From Macrostomum hystrix (Eukaryota; Animalia; Platyhelminthes): DNA of 64,000 bases. Position numbers and translations under genes: made by a program. Shown piece by piece: positions 60,719 through 64,000 of this stretch (positions are counted from its first letter, which is position 1; every line of letters starts with the position of its first letter). The notes beneath the pieces were generated by a model that saw only the letters and a program-made list of their open reading frames with translations, searched no databases and was not told the DNA's origin. The stretch is taken from NCBI GenBank assembly GCA_950097015.1, contig CATNEN010000038.1, forward strand, positions 27,652,001-27,716,000, written 5' to 3'.

Positions 60719-63700
60719 ATGGTTGGCAGACAGAACTTAAGGCAACGGAAGAATTGTTCGTCAGCTGCCGAAGCAGCGGCTGAATCGTCTTCAACAATGT
60801 CTAAGACATCAGGCAGCATTGCAGAGCAGCTCAGACGCCGTCGTCCAGTTCGTCGAGCTGCGGCTGCTTCAGCTGTTGCTACAGCCGCCGCGTTGTCAAC
60901 TGTCACTCCGAATACTTCGCTATCGACAGCGCCCTCCTCGGTGACATCGTCGCTATCAACCGCCTACAAGCATCGGCGAGCTCAATCGAGAAGGCATCAT
61001 CAAACTGGTACGGTTGGCTCCGTTTCCATAGCCTCTTCTCTTGCTTCTTCATCCGTATTTGCCGGGGTTTCCTCTTCTGAAGACAGCAATTGCTTCGCCG
61101 CTTCGCCAGCCAATCAGCTGGCTAGGCAAACTCGTCAGAAGAAAGTTAAGCATAGTCGGCGCAATGTAAAACCGGCAATTGAATCTAACGCTGCACTGCC
61201 GCCACCACTATTAACCGCCGAGTCGGTCCCGAGTTCGACTCCAATGCCGGCTAGGGGCCGCGCAGGCTCGTCAGTTTCCGCGTCCTACAATCTGCGGAGT
61301 CATGGGCCGCCCTCTCGCCAAACAAGACATCGTCGACAGAATCGATCGCCTTCTCTATCACCGCCTCGACTTGACATCTGCGAGGAAGCTGTTCAGCAGC
61401 AGCAGAAGGAGAAATCAAAAGACGATAGCGCCCTACTCAAAGCTGCTCTTGCCGTTCTATCGCCTCTGCGCCCTGTAGCATTGCTGTCCGCCTCATCCTC
61501 AGTGGTTAGTAGCGACAGTCGGGTGTCTAATCGCCATAATAACAATAATAATAGTCAACAGTCCACAGCTGGCAATAGCAGTCAACAGGAGATGAGTAGA
61601 AAAATCAAACGAGTCGCCAAGCGCCGCATTGAAGTTGACGCCGGTGTGGCTGCGGCCATTGCTAATAGGCAGCTCGAACAGCAGGCAGACGATGTCGATG
61701 TCACTAAAGATGATGATTTTCAATCGCCTAAAAAGCGAGTTCGTCAGTCGCCGAATAGCAGCTTCGCTTCCACTGCTGTCGTAGCTGCCGCCGCTGTCGC
61801 TATTGAAGACGACGAAAGGCTATTAGATCAGTCATTGGAGCACAGCTATTGGCGCTTGTATCAGGAATGCGAATACAGGGATTGCGTGTTACGACTTTGC
61901 CGTCAGACTGACTGTGTCAGGTAGGCGATTAGGCAGAACCTTCACATAGCCATGCGAGTCTCTTTGGGATCCCAGAAATCACACTCTACATCCTTTCCAG
62001 ATCCCAAAGTTGGTCTGATAATCCCTTGCAGGATCTCAAATTTAGTATTATAATCCCTTCCAGATTCTAAAGTTAGTCTGATAATCCTGTCCTGATCCCA
62101 CATTTAGTCTGATCAATCTATTCCAGATCCCAAAGTTAGTCTGATAATCAATTCCTGATCCCAAAGTTAGTCTGATAATCAATTCCAGATCCCAAAGTTA
62201 GTCTGATAATCAATTCCTGATCCCAAAGTTAGTCTGATAATCAATTCCTGATCCCAAAGTTAGTCTGATATAATCAATTCCAGATCCCAAAGTTAGTCTG
62301 ATATAATCAATTCCAGATCCCAAATTTAGTCTGATATAATCAATTCCAGATCCCAAAGTTAGTCTCGAGTTAAAATCCGTAACACTAGTCGACCATTCGT
62401 TTTGCACCAAATATCTGCTGTGTACATTATTCTAGAATGGGATTTTTACTTTCTTCCCCCAGATGGGAAGACGCCCTGCCGCAGGACATGCTGGACGGAC
62501 TGCACAAAGTCGGCGAAGGTGTCTACGGCGAGGTCTACGCCAGTAAACGGGGTCGCCAAGAGGTGGCCCTAAAGGTATTCCCAATCGAAGGTGGCCAATT
62601 AGTTAACGGCGAGCCGCAGAAGATGTTTCATGAGGTTCTGCCAGAATTGCTTATCTCACGCAAGCTAACTAACCTGGCGTACAGGTATCGCAGTAATAAA
62701 ACTGGCAATTTTGTTCAATTGCTCAATGCTAGCATTGTGCGCGGGCGTTTACATCCGCGCCTATCCGAAGAGTGGGAGGCTTTTAATAGCGGTGTGCGCT
62801 CTACTGACAATGAGAATCCGGAATTCCTGCCAGCCAGACAGCAGTGGCTACTGTTGGAGTACAAGTGAGTAGTGTCTGTTGCATGTATTTTAATGTAGGA
62901 ATATTAAAATGTAGGTACAGTAGGTACACTACAATCTCTTAGGTTAATCACACCGGCATGTCCTCCAAAGATCACTTTGATAATATTCTTTAAACCGATT
63001 TGAAGCCTCACTTTAACTAACTAACTAATTCAGCTAACACAGACATTCCCTATATCCACAGTTTGAGAACACCTATCTACTATCCCACGGTCCTTGGATT
63101 TAGCAAGCCGTCTTATTATCCAAATATCCTTAGTTTAAGCAAGCCCATCTACTGTCACAGATCTTCAGTTTGAGCACACTCACCTAACCCCCAGGATCAG
63201 GGGGTCGGTGGCAGAGCGGTTAACGCGTTTGCCTCTCGCACCAAGGTCCCTAAGTTCGATTCCACGGCAAGGCCGCATTTATTTGGGGCGCAGCCGCAGA
63301 GATAAGGCTTGGGGGGCTTGTCGTGCAATTTACGCCCTTGAGGGCCAACCTCCAAGGCACAGTGAAGTGTACACTGCCTGACTATGAGAAAGTCAGGGCA
63401 GATGTACACACCTGTGTGAGTATCTGTGTGAGTTGTGCTCAGGAGTCAGCGAAATGGGCAGAATTGCCTCCTAGCTGGTTGCGGGTCAGTGTCACTAAAT
63501 GATGTGCCTCTGCCCACAGCCCTCCTGCAATTATTATTATTATTATTATTAACCCCCGAAATACGTAGTTTGAGCACACTCACCTATACTCCCCAATTCC
63601 GCAGTTTGAGCACACCCACATTTTATCCTTAGATCCTCAGTCTGAGCACACTCACCTTTTCTCAACAAATCCTCATTTTGAGCACACTCACCTATTCTAA

Positions 63701-64000
63701 AAAAATCTTGAACACAATTTGAACACAGTTTGAACACAATTATATACTCAGTTTGAGCACAATTATATATTCTTAAAAAATCCTCAGTTTGAGCACACTA
63801 ATCTATTCTCAACAAATCCTCAGTTAAAAATCACTCACCTATTCTCAAGAAATCCTCAGTTTGAGCACACTCACCTTTTCTCAACAGATCCTCAGTTTGA
63901 GCACACTGAAAGCCTCTTCAAACGCAATTCCCCCAGATTCGCAGGCTGCCCTCTGCCAGCATTTCGCTTCGGCTGCTATCTCGAAGCCCGATCAGTCATC
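60719..64000 (+). CDS. HASPIN: Haspin atypical Ser/Thr kinase, 3' truncated by the window edge
   Basis: Exons 60719-61920 (long basic, Ser-rich disordered N-terminus), 62463-62864 (KVGEGVYGEVY, VALKVFPIEGGQLVNGEPQKMFHEVLPELLISRKL, DNENP) and 63937 onward (FAGCPL...EARSVI); both introns are phase 2. Confidence 0.93.
61995..62365. repeat. ~31-bp minisatellite (gatcccaaagttagtctgataatcaattcca)
   Basis: Visible in sequence; haspin intron 1. Confidence 0.9.
63050..63910. repeat. Degenerate ~35-bp repeat (cctcagtttgagcacactcacctattctc) interrupted by SINE A
   Basis: Units occur on both sides of the SINE in haspin intron 2. Confidence 0.8.
63200..63550 (+). mobile_element. tRNA-derived SINE family A, full-length copy with (TTA)n tail
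   Basis: Box A TGGCAGAGCGG, box B AGTTCGATTCC, (TTA)n tail; homologous to four other copies in the window. Confidence 0.85.

Noticed and set aside
63367-63409. Hammerhead-like CTGACGA...GAAA-GTC in SINE A (CTGACTA in this copy)
   Set aside because: There is no room for stems II and III, CTGAC pairs with GTCAG in a simple hairpin, and the core is mutated in two copies.

Overview
Eukaryotic, intron-rich animal DNA. Gene style, low-complexity GC-rich exons and extreme minisatellite density suggest a flatworm such as Macrostomum (inference only). Four spliced protein genes were reconstructed by hand with phase-consistent splice sites. (1) A teneurin on the minus strand: ATG 40123, 17 exons down to 1088, about 1919 codons, continuing past the window start. 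(2) A divergently transcribed ~230-aa four-TM protein of LAPTM/DUF4728-like layout (42418-46089, +). (3) A ~1050-aa multi-zinc-finger protein (48460-59067, +). (4) A haspin kinase (from 60719, +, running off the end). Introns carry about 20 tandem arrays, two tRNA-derived SINE families (one with a CORE-like domain, one with a structured 3' half), and three TIR elements (hAT-like, Merlin-like, TTAA/piggyBac-like). Most long ORFs in the ORF track are tandem-repeat artefacts. No single new system is demonstrated. The best leads are the structured SINE, the CORE-like SINE, the locally shared intronic minisatellites including an NF-Y box array, and an apparent loss of a teneurin dimerisation cysteine.
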